From the NCBI GenBank assembly GCA_964016885.1, contig OZ024742.1, positions 13,640,001 to 13,704,000 of the forward strand: 64,000 bases of DNA, given 5' to 3'. The position numbers and the translations under genes were made by a program. Below are positions 12,163 through 30,100 of the stretch, piece by piece (within the stretch, counting starts at the first letter, position 1; each line of letters opens with the position of its first letter). Origin of the DNA: Eledone cirrhosa. Its lineage: Eukaryota. The notes below the pieces were generated by a model. The model made no database searches and had not been told where the DNA came from. It saw nothing but the letters and a program-made list of their open reading frames with translations.

Positions 12163-15100
12163 ACACACACTGAGAAACACACTGAGACATACACTGAAAC
12201 ACACACAGAGACATACACTGAGACACACACTGAGACATACACTGAGACAAACTGAGACACACACTGAGACATACACTGAGACACACACTGAGACAAACTG
12301 AGACATACACTGAGACATACACTGACACATACACTGAGACATACACTGAGACACACACTGAGACATACACTGTGACATACACTGAGACATACACTGAGAC
12401 ACACACTGAGACATACACTGAGTCATACACTGAGACATACACTGACACATACACTGAGACATACACTGAGACACACACTGAGACACACACTGAGACATAC
12501 ACTGAGACACACACTGAGACACACACTGAGACATACACTGAGACACACACTGAGACATACACTGAGACACACTCTGAGACATACACTGAGACTTACACTG
12601 AGACACACACTGAGACATACACTGAGACACACTGAGACATACAGTGAGACACACACTGAGACATACACTGAGACACACACTGAGACACACACTGAGACAC
12701 ACACTTAGACAAACACTAAGACACACACTGAGACAAACACTGAGACACACACACACTGAGACAAACTGATACACACTGAGACATGCACTGAGACATACAC
12801 TGAGACACACACTGAGACACACACTGAGACACACACTGAGACAGACACTGAGACACACACTGAGACATAAACTGAAACACACACTGAGACAAACTGAGAC
12901 ACACACTGAGACATACACTGCAACACACACTGAGACATACACTGCAACACACACTGAGACAAACTGAGACATACACTGAGACATACACTGAGACATACAC
13001 TGAGACATACACTGACACATACACTGAGACACACACTGAGACACACACTGAGACACACACTGAGACACACACTGAGACACACACTGAGACATACACTGAC
13101 ACACACACTGAGACATACACTGAGACATACACTGAGACACCCACTGAGACACACACTGAGACACACACTGAGACATACACTGATACATACACTGATACAT
13201 ACACTGAGACACACACTGAGACACACACTGAGACATACACTGAGACATACACTGAGACATACACTGAGACATACACTGAGACACACACTGAGACACACTG
13301 AGACATACACTGAGACACACACTGAGACACACACTGAGACACACAATGAGACATACACTGAGACACACACTGAGACACACACTGAGACACACATTGAGAC
13401 ACACACTATGACACACACTGAAACACACACTAAGACACACACTGAGACATACACAGAGACACACTGAGACACACACTGAGACACACTGAGACACACACTG
13501 AGACATACACTGAGACACACTGAGACACACACTGAGACATACACTGAGACACACACTGAGAGACACACTGGGACACACACTGAGACATACACTGAGACAT
13601 ACACTGAGACATACACTGACACATACACTGAGACACACACTGAGACACACACTGAGACACACACTGAGACACATACTGAGACACACACTGAGACACACAC
13701 TGAGACACACACTGAGACACACTGAGACATACACTGAGACATACATTGAGACATACACTGAGACACACACTGAGACATACACTGAGACACACACTGACAC
13801 ACACACTGAGACACACACTGAGACATACACTGAGACACACACTGACACACACATTGAGACACACACTGAGACATAAACTGAGACACACACTGAGACACAC
13901 ACTGAGACACACACTGAGACACACACTTAGACATACACTGAGACATACACTGAGAACACACTGAGACACACACTGAGACACACACTAAGACATACACTGA
14001 GACATACACTGAGACACACACTGAGACACACACTGAGACATACACTAAGACACACACTGAGACATAAACTGAGACACACACTGAGACATACACTGAGACA
14101 TACACTGAGACATACACTGAGACACACACTGAGACACACACTGAGACACACACTGAGACACACACTGAGACACACTGAGACATACACTGAGACATACACT
14201 GAGACACATACTGATACATACACTGAGACACACACTGAGCCATACACTGAGACATACACTGAGACATACACTGGCACATACACTGTGACATACACTGAGA
14301 CAAACAATGAGACACACACTAAGACACACACTGAGACACACACTGAGACATACACTGATACACACACTGACACATACGCTGAGTCATACACTGAGACATA
14401 CACTGACACATACACTGAGAGAGACACCGAGACGCACACTGAGACACACACTGAGACATACACTGAGACATACACTGAGACACACACTGAGACACACACT
14501 GAGACATACACTGAGACACACACTGAGACATACACTGAGACACACTCTGAGACATACACTGAGACATACACTGAGACACACACTGAGACATACACTGAGA
14601 CATACACTGAGACACACACTGAGACACACACTGAGACACACACTGAGACATACACTGAGACACACACTGAGATACACACTGAGACATACACTGAGACATA
14701 CACTGAGACACACACTGAGACACACTCTGAGACATACACTGAGGCATACACTGAGACATACACTGAGACATACACTGAGACACACACTGAGACACACACT
14801 GAGACATACACTGAGACATACACTGAGACACACACTGAGACATACACTGAGACATACACTGAGACACACACTGAGACACACTCAGACACACACTCAGACA
14901 CACACTCAGACACACACTGAGACATACAGTGAGACACACACTGAGACATACACTGAGACACACACTGACACACATACTGAGACACACACTGAGACACACA
15001 CTGAGACATACACTGAGACATACACTGAGACATACACTGACACATACACTGAGACACACATTGAGACACACACTGAGACACACACTGAGACACACAGAGA

Positions 15101-18100
15101 GACACACACTGAGACATACACTGGGACACACTGAGACATACACTGAAACACACACTGAGACACACACTGAGACACACACTGAGACACTCACTGAGACACA
15201 CTGATTCACACAGTGAGACGCACACTGAGACACACTCTGAGACACACACTGAGACATACACTGAGACACACACTTAGACACACACTGAGACACACACTGA
15301 GACATACACTGAGACACACACTGAGACATACACTGAGACATACACTGAGACATACACTGAGACATACACTGAGACATACACTGAGACATACACTGAGACA
15401 CACACTGAGACACACACAGAGACACACACTGAGACACACAGTGAGACACACACTGAGACACACACTGAGACACACACTGAGACACAAACAGAGACACACA
15501 CTGAGACACAAACTGAGCCACACACTGAGACACACACTGAGGCATACTGAGACACACACTGAGACACACACTGAGACACACACTGAGACATACACTGAGA
15601 CATACATTGAGGCACACTGAGACACACACTGAGACATACACTGAGACACACACTGAGACACACACTGAGACACACATTGAGACACACACTGAGACATAAA
15701 CTGAGACACACACTGAGACACACACTGAGACACACACTGAGACACACACTTAGACATACACTGAGACATACACTGAGAACACACTGAGACACACACTGAG
15801 ACACACACTAAGACATACACTGAGACATACACTGAGACACACACTGAGACACACACTGAGACATACACTGAGACACACACTGAGACATAAACTGAGACAC
15901 ACACTGAGACATACACTGAGACATACACTGAGACATACACTGAGACACACACTGAGACACACTGAGACATACACTGAGACATACACTGAGACACATACTG
16001 ATACATACACTGAGACACACACTGAGACATAAACTGAGACATAAACTGAGACACACACTGAGACACACACTGAGACACACACTGAGACACACACTGAGAC
16101 ACACTGAGACATACACTGAGACATACACTGAGACACATACTGATACATACACTGAGACACACACTGAGCCATACACTGAGACATACACTGAGACATACAC
16201 TGGCACATACACTGTGACATACACTGAGACAAACAATGAGACACACACTAAGACACACACTGAGACACACACTGAGACATACACTGATACACACACTGAC
16301 ACATACGCTGAGTCATACACTGAGACATACACTGACACATACACTGAGAGAGACACCGAGACGCACACTGAGACACACACTGAGACATACACTGAGACAT
16401 ACACTGAGACACACACTGAGACACACACTGAGACATACATTGAGACACACTCTGAGACATACACTGATACATACACTGAGACACACACTGAGACATACAC
16501 TGAGACATACACTGAGACACACACTGAGACACACACTGAGACACACACTGAGACATACACTGAGACACACACTGAGATACACACTGAGACATACACTGAG
16601 ACATACACTGAGCCACACACTGAGACACACTCTGAGACATACACTGAGGCATACACTGAGACATACACTGAGACATACACTGAGACACACACTGAGACAC
16701 ACACTGAGACATACACTGAGACATACACTGAGACACACACTGAGACATACACTGAGACATACACTGAGACACACACTGAGACACACTCAGACACACACTC
16801 AGACACACACTCAGACACACACTGAGACATACACTGAGACATACAGTGAGACACACACTGAGACATACACTGAGACACACACTGACACACATACTGAGAC
16901 ACACACTGAGACACACACTGAGACATACACTGAGACATACACTGAGACATACACTGAGACATACACTGACACATACACTGAGACACACATTGAGACACAC
17001 ACTGAGACACACACTGAGACACACAGAGAGACACACACTGAGACATACACTGGGACACACTGAGACACACACTGAGACACTCACTGAGACACACTGAGAC
17101 ACACACTGAGACGCACACTGAGACACACTCTGAGACACACACTGAGACATACACTGAGACACACACTTAGACACACACTGAGACACACACTGAGACATAC
17201 ACTGAGACACACACTGAGACATACACTGAGACATACACTGAGACATACACTGAGACATACACTGAGACACACACTGAGACACACACAGAGACACACACTG
17301 AGACACACAGTGAGACACACACTGAGACACACACTGAGACACACACTGAGACACAAACAGAGACACACACTGAGACACACACTGAGCCACACACTGAGAC
17401 ACACACTGAGGCATACTGAGACACACACTGAGAGACACACTGAGACACACACTGAGACATACACTGAGACATACATTGAGGCACACTGAGACACACACTG
17501 AGACATAGACTGAGACACACACTGAGACACACACTGAGACACACATTGAGACACACACTGAGACATAAACTGAGACACACACTGAGACACACACTGAGAC
17601 ACACACTGAGACACACACTTAGACATACACTGAGACATACACTGAGAACACACTGAGACACACACTGAGACACAGACTAAGACATACACTGAGACATACA
17701 CTGAGACACACACTGAGACACACACTGAGACATACACTGAGACACACACTGAGACATAAACTGAGACACACACTGAGACATACACTGAGACATACACTGA
17801 GACATACACTGAGACACACACTGAGACACACACTGAGACACACACTGAGACACACACTGAGACACACTGAGACATACACTGAGACATACACTGAGACACA
17901 TACTGATACATACACTGAGACACACACTGAGCCATACACTGAGACATACACTGAGACATACACTGGCACATACACTGTGACATACACTGAGACAAACAAT
18001 GAGACACACACTAAGACACACACTGAGACACACACTGAGACATACACTGATACACACACTGACACATACGCTGAGTCATACACTGAGACATACACTGACA

Positions 18101-21100
18101 CATACACTGAGAGAGACACCGAGACGCACACTGAGACACACACTGAGACATACACTGAGACATACACTGAGACACACACTGAGACACACACTGAGACATA
18201 CACTGAGACACACTCTGAGACATACACTGAGACATACACTGAGACACACACTGAGACATACACTGAGACATACACTGAGACACACACTGAGACACACACT
18301 GCGACACACACTGAGACATACACTGAGACACACACTGAGATACACACTGAGACATACACTGAGACATACACTGAGACACACACTGAGACACACTCTGAGA
18401 CATACACTGAGGCATACACTGAGACATACACTGAGACATACACTGAGACACACACTGAGACACACACTGAGACATACACTGAGACATACACTGAGACACA
18501 CACTGAGACATACACTGAGACATACACTGAGACACACACTGAGACACACTCAGACACACACTCAGACACACACTCAGACACACACTGAGACATACACTGA
18601 GACATACAGTGAGACACACACTGAGACATACACTGAGACACACACTGACACACATACTGAGACACACACTGAGACACACACTGAGACATACACTGAGACA
18701 TACACTGAGACATACACTGAGACATACACTGACACATACACTGAGACACACATTGAGACACACACTGAGACACACACTGAGACACACAGAGAGACACACA
18801 CTGAGACATACACTGGGACACACTGAGACACACACTGAGACACTCACTGAGACACACTGAGACACACACTGAGACGCACACTGAGACACACTCTGAGACA
18901 CACACTGAGACATACACTGAGACACACACTTAGACACACACTGAGACACACACTGAGACATACACTGAGACACACACTGAGACATACACTGAGACATACA
19001 CTGAGACATACACTGAGACATACACTGAGACATACACTGAGACATACACTGAGACACACACTGAGACACACACAGAGACACACACTGAGACACACAGTGA
19101 GACACACACTGAGACACACACTGAGACACACACTGAGACACAAACAGAGACACACACTGAGACACACACTGAGCCACACACTGAGACACACACTGAGGCA
19201 TACTGAGACACACACTGAGACACACACTGAGACACACACTGAGACATACACTGAGACATACATTGAGGCACACTGAGACACACACTGAGACATACACTGA
19301 GACACACACTGAGACACACACTGAGACACAAACTGCGACACACACTTAGACACACACTGAGACACACTGAGACACACACTGAGACACACACTGAGACACA
19401 CTGAGACATACACTGAGACGTACACTGAGACACATACTGATACATACACTGAGACACACACTGAGACATACACTGATACATACACTGCGACATACACTGA
19501 CACATACACTGAGACATACACTGAGACAAACAATGAGACACACACTGAGACACACACTGAGACACACTGAGACATACACTGATACATACACTGAGACACA
19601 TACTGAGACACACACGGCGACACACACTGAGACATACACTGAGACACACACTGAGACACACACTGAGACACACTGAAACATACACTGACACATACACTGA
19701 GACATGCACTGAGACACTCACTGAGGCACACACTGAGACATACACTGATACATACACTGAGACACACACTGAGACACTCACTGAGACATACACTGAGACA
19801 TACACTGAGACACACACTGAGACACACACTGAGACATACACTGAGACACACACTCAGACACACACTGAGACACACACTGAGACACCCACTGAGACACACA
19901 CTGAGACAAACACTAAGACACACACTGAGACAAACACTGAGACACACACTGAGACAAACTGATACACACTGAGACATGCACTGAGACATACACTGAGACA
20001 CACACTGAGACACACACTGAGACACACACTGAGACAGACACTGAGACGCACACTGAGACATAAACTGAAACACTCACTGAGACAAACTGAGACACACACT
20101 GAGACATACACTGCAACACACACTGAGACAAACTGAGACATACACTGAGACATACACTGAGACATACACTGACACATACACTGAGACACACACTGAGACA
20201 CACACTGAGACACTCACTGAGACACACTGAGACATACACTGAGACATACACTGAGACACACACTGAGACACACTGAGACATACACTGAGACACACACTGA
20301 GATACACACTGAGACACACAATCAGACATACACTGAGACACACACTGAGACACACACTGAGACACACATTGAGACACACACTGTGACACACACTGAACCA
20401 CACACTAAGACACACACTGAGACATACACAGAGACACACTGAGACACACACTGAGACACACACTGAGACATACACTGAGACACACTGAGACACACACTGA
20501 GACATACACTGAGACACACACTGAGAGACACACTGAGACACACACTGAGACATACACTGAGACATACACTGAGACATACACTGACACATACACTGAGACA
20601 CACACTGAGACACACACTGAGACATACACTTAGACATACACTGAGACATACACTGAGAACACACTGAGACACACACTGAGACACACACTAAGACATACAC
20701 TGAGACATACACTGAGACACACACTGAGACATACACTGAGACATACACTGAGACACACACTGACACACACATTGAGACACACACTGAGACATACACTGAG
20801 ACACACAGTGAGACACACACTGAGACACACACTGAGACACACACTTAGACATACACTGAGACATACACTGAGAACACACCGAGACACACACTGAGACACA
20901 CACTAAGACATACACTGAGACATACACTGAGACACACACTGAGACACACACTGAGACATACACTGAGACACACACTGAGACATAAACTGAGACACACACT
21001 GAGACATACACTGAGACATACACTGAGACATACACTGAGACACACACTGAGACACACACTGAGACACACACTGAGACACACTGAGACACACACTGAGACA

Positions 21101-24100
21101 CACACTGAGACACACTGAGACATACACTGAGACATACACTGAGACACATACTGATACATACACTGAGACACACACTGAGACATACAGTGAGACATACACT
21201 GAGACATACACTGAGACACACACTGAGATACACACTGAGACATACACTGAGACATACACTGAGACACACACTGAGACACACTCTGAGACATACACTGAGG
21301 CATACACTGAGACATACACTGAGACATACACTGAGACACACGCTGAGACACACACTGAGACATACACTGAGACATACAGTGAGACACACACTGAGACATA
21401 CACTGAGACACACACTGACACACATACTGAGACACACACTGAGACGCACACTGAGACATACACTGAGACATACACTGAGACATACACTGAGACATACACT
21501 GACACATACACTGAGACACACACTGAGACACTCACTGAGACACACTGAGACACACACTGAGACGCACAATGAGACACACTATGAGACACACACTGAGACA
21601 TACACTGAGACACACACTTAGACACACACTGAGACACACACTGAGACATACACTGAGACACACACTGAGACATACACTGAGACATACACTGAGACATACA
21701 CTGAGACATACACTGAGACATACACTGAGACACACACTGAGACACACACTGAGACACACACTGAGACACACACTGAGACACACACTGAGACACACACTGA
21801 GACACACACAGAGACACACACTGAGCCACACACTGAGCCACACACTGAGACATACACTGAGACATACATTGAGACACACTGAGACACACACTGAGACATA
21901 CAATGAGACACACACTGAGACACACACTGAGACACAAACTGCGACACACACTTAGACACACACTGAGACACACTGAGACACACACTGAGACACACACTGA
22001 GACACACTGAGACATACACTGAGACATACACTGAGACACATACTGATACATACACTGAGACACACACTGAGACATACACTGAGACATACACTGCGATATA
22101 CACTGACACATACACTGAGACATACACTGAGACAAACAATGAGACACACACTGAGACACACACTGAGACACACTGAGACATACACTGATAATACACTGAG
22201 ACACATACTGAGACACACACTACGACACACACTGAGACATACACTGAGACACACACTGAGACACACACTGAGACACACTGAAACATACACTGACACATAC
22301 ACTGAGACATGCACTGAGACACTCACTGAGGCACACACTGAGACATACACTGATAAATACACTGAGACACACACTGAGACACTCACTGAGACATACACTG
22401 AGACATAAATTGAGACACACACTGAGACACGCACTGAGACACACACTGAGACACACTGAGACACACACTGAGACACACACTGAGACATACACTGAGACAC
22501 ACACTGAAACACACACTGAGACACACACTGAGACATACAGTGAGACACACACTGAGACACACTGAGACACACAATGAGACACACACTGAGACACACTGAG
22601 ACATACACTGATACATACACTGAGACACACACTGAGACATACACTGAGACACACACTGAGACATACACTGAGTCATACACTGAGACATACACTGACATAT
22701 ACACTGAGACATACACTGAGACACACACTGAGACACACACTGAGACATACACTGAGACACACACTGAGACATACACTAAGACACACTCTGAGACATACAC
22801 TGAGACATACACTGAGACACACTGAGACGTACAGTGAGACACACACTGAGACATACACTGAGACACACACTGAGACACACACTGAGACACACACTGAGAC
22901 ACACACTGAGACATACACTGAGACACATACTGAGACATACACTGAGACACACACTGAGACATACAATGAGACATACACTGAGACACACACTGAGACACAC
23001 ACTGAGACACACACTGAGACACACACTGAGACATACACTGAGACACACACTGAGATACACACTGAGAGATACACTGAGACATACACTGAGACACACACTG
23101 AGACACACTCTGAGACATACACTGAGACATACACTGAGACACACACTGAGATACACACTGAGACATACATTGAGACATACACTGAGACACACACTGAGAC
23201 ACACTCTGAGACACACACTGAGACATACACTGAGACATACACTGAGACACACACTGAGACACACACTGAGACATACACTGAGACATACACTGAGACATAC
23301 ACTGAGACATACACTGAGACATACACTGACACATACACTGAGACACACACTGAGACACACACTGAGACATACACTGAGACACACACTGAGACATACACTG
23401 AGACATACACTGAGACATACACTGAGACACCCACTGAAACACACACTGAGACACAAACTGAGACATACACTGATACATACACTGATACATACACTGAGAC
23501 ACACACTGAGACACACACTGAGACATACACTGAGACATACACTGAGACATACATTGAGACACACACTGAGACACACACTGAGACATACACTGAGACATAC
23601 ACTGAGACATACACTGAGACATACACTGAGACATACACTGAGACACACACTGAAACACACTGAAACATACACTGAGACACACACTGAGACACACTGAGAC
23701 ACACACTGAATCATACACTGAGACACACACTGAGACACACACTGAGACACACACTGAGTCATACACTGAGACTCTCACTGAGACACACACTGAGACACAC
23801 ACTGAGACACACACTGAGACACACTCTGAGACACACACTGAGACATACACTGAGACACACACTGAGACATATACTGAGACACACACTGAGACACACACTG
23901 AGCCATATACTGAGACACACACCCAGACACACACTGAGACACACACTGAGGCATACACTGAGACACACACTGAGACACACACTGAGACACACACTGAGAC
24001 ACACACTGAGACATACACTGAGACATACACTGAGACATACACTGAGACACACACTGAGACACACTCTGAGACACACACTGAGACATACACTGAGGCATAC

Positions 24101-27100
24101 ACTGAGACACACACTGAGACACCCACTGAGACATACACTGAGACATACACTGAGACATACAATGAGACATACACTGAGACATACACTGACACATACACTG
24201 AGACACACACTGAGACACACACTGAGACATACACTGAGACACACACTGAGACATACACTGAGACATACACTGAGACACACACTGAGACATACACTGGCAC
24301 ACACACTGAGCCATACACTGAGACATACACTGAGACACCTACTGAGACACACACTGAGACACACACTGAGACATACACTGAGACATACACTGATACATAC
24401 ACTGAGACACACACTGAGACACACACTGAGACATACACTGAGACATACACTGAGACATACATTGAGACACACACTGAGACACACACTGAGACATACACTG
24501 AGACATACACTGAGACATACACTGAGACATACACTGAGACACACACTGAAACACACTGAAACATACACTGAGACACACACTGAGACACACTGAGACACAC
24601 ACTGAGTCATACACTGAGACACACACTGTGACACACACTGAGACACACACTGAGTCATACACTGAGACTCTCACTGAGACACACACTGAGACACACTCTG
24701 AGACACACACTGAGACATACCCTGAGACACACACTGAGGCATACACTGAGACACACACTGAGACACACACTGAGACATACACTGAGACATACACTGAGAC
24801 ATACACTGAGACATACACTGACACATACACTGAGACACACATTGAGACACACACTGAGACACACACTGAGACACACAGAGAGACACACACTGAGACATAC
24901 ACTGGGACACACTGAGACACACACTGAGACACTCACTGAGACACACTGAGACACACACTGAGACGCACACTGAGACACACTCTGAGACACACACTGAGAC
25001 ATACACTGAGACACACACTTAGACACACACTGAGACACACACTGAGACATACACTGAGACACACACTGAGACATACACTGAGACATACACTGAGACATAC
25101 ACTGAGACATACACTGAGACACACACTGAGACACACACAGAGACACACACTGAGACACACAGTGAGACACACACTGAGACACACACTGAGACACACACTG
25201 AGACACAAACAGAGACACACACTGAGACACACACTGAGCCACACACTGAGACACACACTGAGGCATACTGAGACACACACTGAGAGACACACTGAGACAC
25301 ACACTGAGACATACACTGAGACATACATTGAGGCACACTGAGACACACACTGAGACATAGACTGAGACACACACTGAGACACACACTGAGACACACATTG
25401 AGACACACACTGAGACATAAACTGAGACACACACTGAGACACACACTGAGACACACACTGAGACACACACTTAGACATACACTGAGACATACACTGAGAA
25501 CACACTGAGACACACACTGAGACACAGACTAAGACATACACTGAGACATACACTGAGACACACACTGAGACACACACTGAGACATACACTGAGACACACA
25601 CTGAGACATAAACTGAGACACACACTGAGACATACACTGAGACATACACTGAGACATACACTGAGACACACACTGAGACACACACTGAGACACACACTGA
25701 GACACACACTGAGACACACTGAGACATACACTGAGACATACACTGAGACACATACTGATACATACACTGAGACACACACTGAGCCATACACTGAGACATA
25801 CACTGAGACATACACTGGCACATACACTGTGACATACACTGAGACAAACAATGAGACACACACTAAGACACACACTGAGACACACACTGAGACATACACT
25901 GATACACACACTGACACATACGCTGAGTCATACACTGAGACATACACTGACACATACACTGAGAGAGACACCGAGACGCACACTGAGACACACACTGAGA
26001 CATACACTGAGACATACACTGAGACACACACTGAGACACACACTGAGACATACACTGAGACACACTCTGAGACATACACTGAGACATACACTGAGACACA
26101 CACTGAGACATACACTGAGACATACACTGAGACACACACTGAGACACACACTGCGACACACACTGAGACATACACTGAGACACACACTGAGATACACACT
26201 GAGACATACACTGAGACATACACTGAGACACACACTGAGACACACTCTGAGACATACACTGAGGCATACACTGAGACATACACTGAGACATACACTGAGA
26301 CACACACTGAGACACACACTGAGACATACACTGAGACATACACTGAGACACACACTGAGACATACACTGAGACATACACTGAGACACACACTGAGACACA
26401 CTCAGACACACACTCAGACACACACTCAGACACACACTGAGACATACACTGAGACATACAGTGAGACACACACTGAGACATACACTGAGACACACACTGA
26501 CACACATACTGAGACACACACTGAGACACACACTGAGACATACACTGAGACATACACTGAGACATACACTGAGACATACACTGACACATACACTGAGACA
26601 CACATTGAGACACACACTGAGACACACACTGAGACACACAGAGAGACACACACTGAGACATACACTGGGACACACTGAGACACACACTGAGACACTCACT
26701 GAGACACACTGAGACACACACTGAGACGCACACTGAGACACACTCTGAGACACACACTGAGACATACACTGAGACACACACTTAGACACACACTGAGACA
26801 CACACTGAGACATACACTGAGACACACACTGAGACATACACTGAGACATACACTGAGACATACACTGAGACATACACTGAGACATACACTGAGACATACA
26901 CTGAGACACACACTGAGACACACACAGAGACACACACTGAGACACACAGTGAGACACACACTGAGACACACACTGAGACACACACTGAGACACAAACAGA
27001 GACACACACTGAGACACACACTGAGCCACACACTGAGACACACACTGAGGCATACTGAGACACACACTGAGACACACACTGAGACACACACTGAGACATA

Positions 27101-30100
27101 CACTGAGACATACATTGAGGCACACTGAGACACACACCGAGACATACACTGAGACACACACTGAGACACACACTGAGACACAAACTGCGACACACACTTA
27201 GACACACACTGAGACACACTGAGACACACACTGAGACACACACTGAGACACACTGAGACATACACTGAGACGTACACTGAGACACATACTGATACATACA
27301 CTGAGACACACACTGAGACATACACTGATACATACACTGCGACATACACTGACACATACACTGAGACATACACTGAGACAAACAATGAGACACACACTGA
27401 GACACACACTGAGACACACTGAGACATACACTGATACATACACTGAGACACATACTGAGACACACACGGCGACACACACTGAGACATACACTGAGACACA
27501 CACTGAGACACACACTGAGACACACTGAAACATACACTGACACATACACTGAGACATGCACTGAGACACTCACTGAGGCACACACTGAGACATACACTGA
27601 TACATACACTGAGACACACACTGAGACACTCACTGAGACATACACTGAGACATACACTGAGACACACACTGAGACACACACTGAGACATACACTGAGACA
27701 CACACTCAGACACACACTGAGACACACACTGAGACACCCACTGAGACACACACTGAGACAAACACTAAGACACACACTGAGACAAACACTGAGACACACA
27801 CTGAGACAAACTGATACACACTGAGACATGCACTGAGACATACACTGAGACACACACTGAGACACACACTGAGACACACACTGAGACAGACACTGAGACG
27901 CACACTGAGACATAAACTGAAACACTCACTGAGACAAACTGAGACACACACTGAGACATACACTGCAACACACACTGAGACAAACTGAGACATACACTGA
28001 GACATACACTGAGACATACACTGACACATACACTGAGACACACACTGAGACACACACTGAGACACTCACTGAGACACACTGAGACATACACTGAGACATA
28101 CACTGAGACACACACTGAGACACACTGAGACATACACTGAGACACACACTGAGATACACACTGAGACACACAATCAGACATACACTGAGACACACACTGA
28201 GACACACACTGAGACACACATTGAGACACACACTGTGACACACACTGAACCACACACTAAGACACACACTGAGACATACACAGAGACACACTGAGACACA
28301 CACTGAGACACACACTGAGACATACACTGAGACACACTGAGACACACACTGAGACATACACTGAGACACACACTGAGAGACACACTGAGACACACACTGA
28401 GACATACACTGAGACATACACTGAGACATACACTGACACATACACTGAGACACACACTGAGACACACACTGAGACATACACTTAGACATACACTGAGACA
28501 TACACTGAGAACACACTGAGACACACACTGAGACACACACTAAGACATACACTGAGACATACACTGAGACACACACTGAGACATACACTGAGACATACAC
28601 TGAGACACACACTGACACACACATTGAGACACACACTGAGACATACACTGAGACACACAGTGAGACACACACTGAGACACACACTGAGACACACACTTAG
28701 ACATACACTGAGACATACACTGAGAACACACCGAGACACACACTGAGACACACACTAAGACATACACTGAGACATACACTGAGACACACACTGAGACACA
28801 CACTGAGACATACACTGAGACACACACTGAGACATAAACTGAGACACACACTGAGACATACACTGAGACATACACTGAGACATACACTGAGACACACACT
28901 GAGACACACACTGAGACACACACTGAGACACACTGAGACACACACTGAGACACACACTGAGACACACTGAGACATACACTGAGACATACACTGAGACACA
29001 TACTGATACATACACTGAGACACACACTGAGACATACAGTGAGACATACACTGAGACATACACTGAGACACACACTGAGATACACACTGAGACATACACT
29101 GAGACATACACTGAGACACACACTGAGACACACTCTGAGACATACACTGAGGCATACACTGAGACATACACTGAGACATACACTGAGACACACGCTGAGA
29201 CACACACTGAGACATACACTGAGACATACAGTGAGACACACACTGAGACATACACTGAGACACACACTGACACACATACTGAGACACACACTGAGACGCA
29301 CACTGAGACATACACTGAGACATACACTGAGACATACACTGAGACATACACTGACACATACACTGAGACACACACTGAGACACTCACTGAGACACACTGA
29401 GACACACACTGAGACGCACAATGAGACACACTATGAGACACACACTGAGACATACACTGAGACACACACTTAGACACACACTGAGACACACACTGAGACA
29501 TACACTGAGACACACACTGAGACATACACTGAGACATACACTGAGACATACACTGAGACATACACTGAGACATACACTGAGACACACACTGAGACACACA
29601 CTGAGACACACACTGAGACACACACTGAGACACACACTGAGACACACACTGAGACACACACAGAGACACACACTGAGCCACACACTGAGCCACACACTGA
29701 GACATACACTGAGACATACATTGAGACACACTGAGACACACACTGAGACATACAATGAGACACACACTGAGACACACACTGAGACACAAACTGCGACACA
29801 CACTTAGACACACACTGAGACACACTGAGACACACACTGAGACACACACTGAGACACACTGAGACATACACTGAGACATACACTGAGACACATACTGATA
29901 CATACACTGAGACACACACTGAGACATACACTGAGACATACACTGCGATATACACTGACACATACACTGAGACATACACTGAGACAAACAATGAGACACA
30001 CACTGAGACACACACTGAGACACACTGAGACATACACTGATAATACACTGAGACACATACTGAGACACACACTACGACACACACTGAGACATACACTGAG

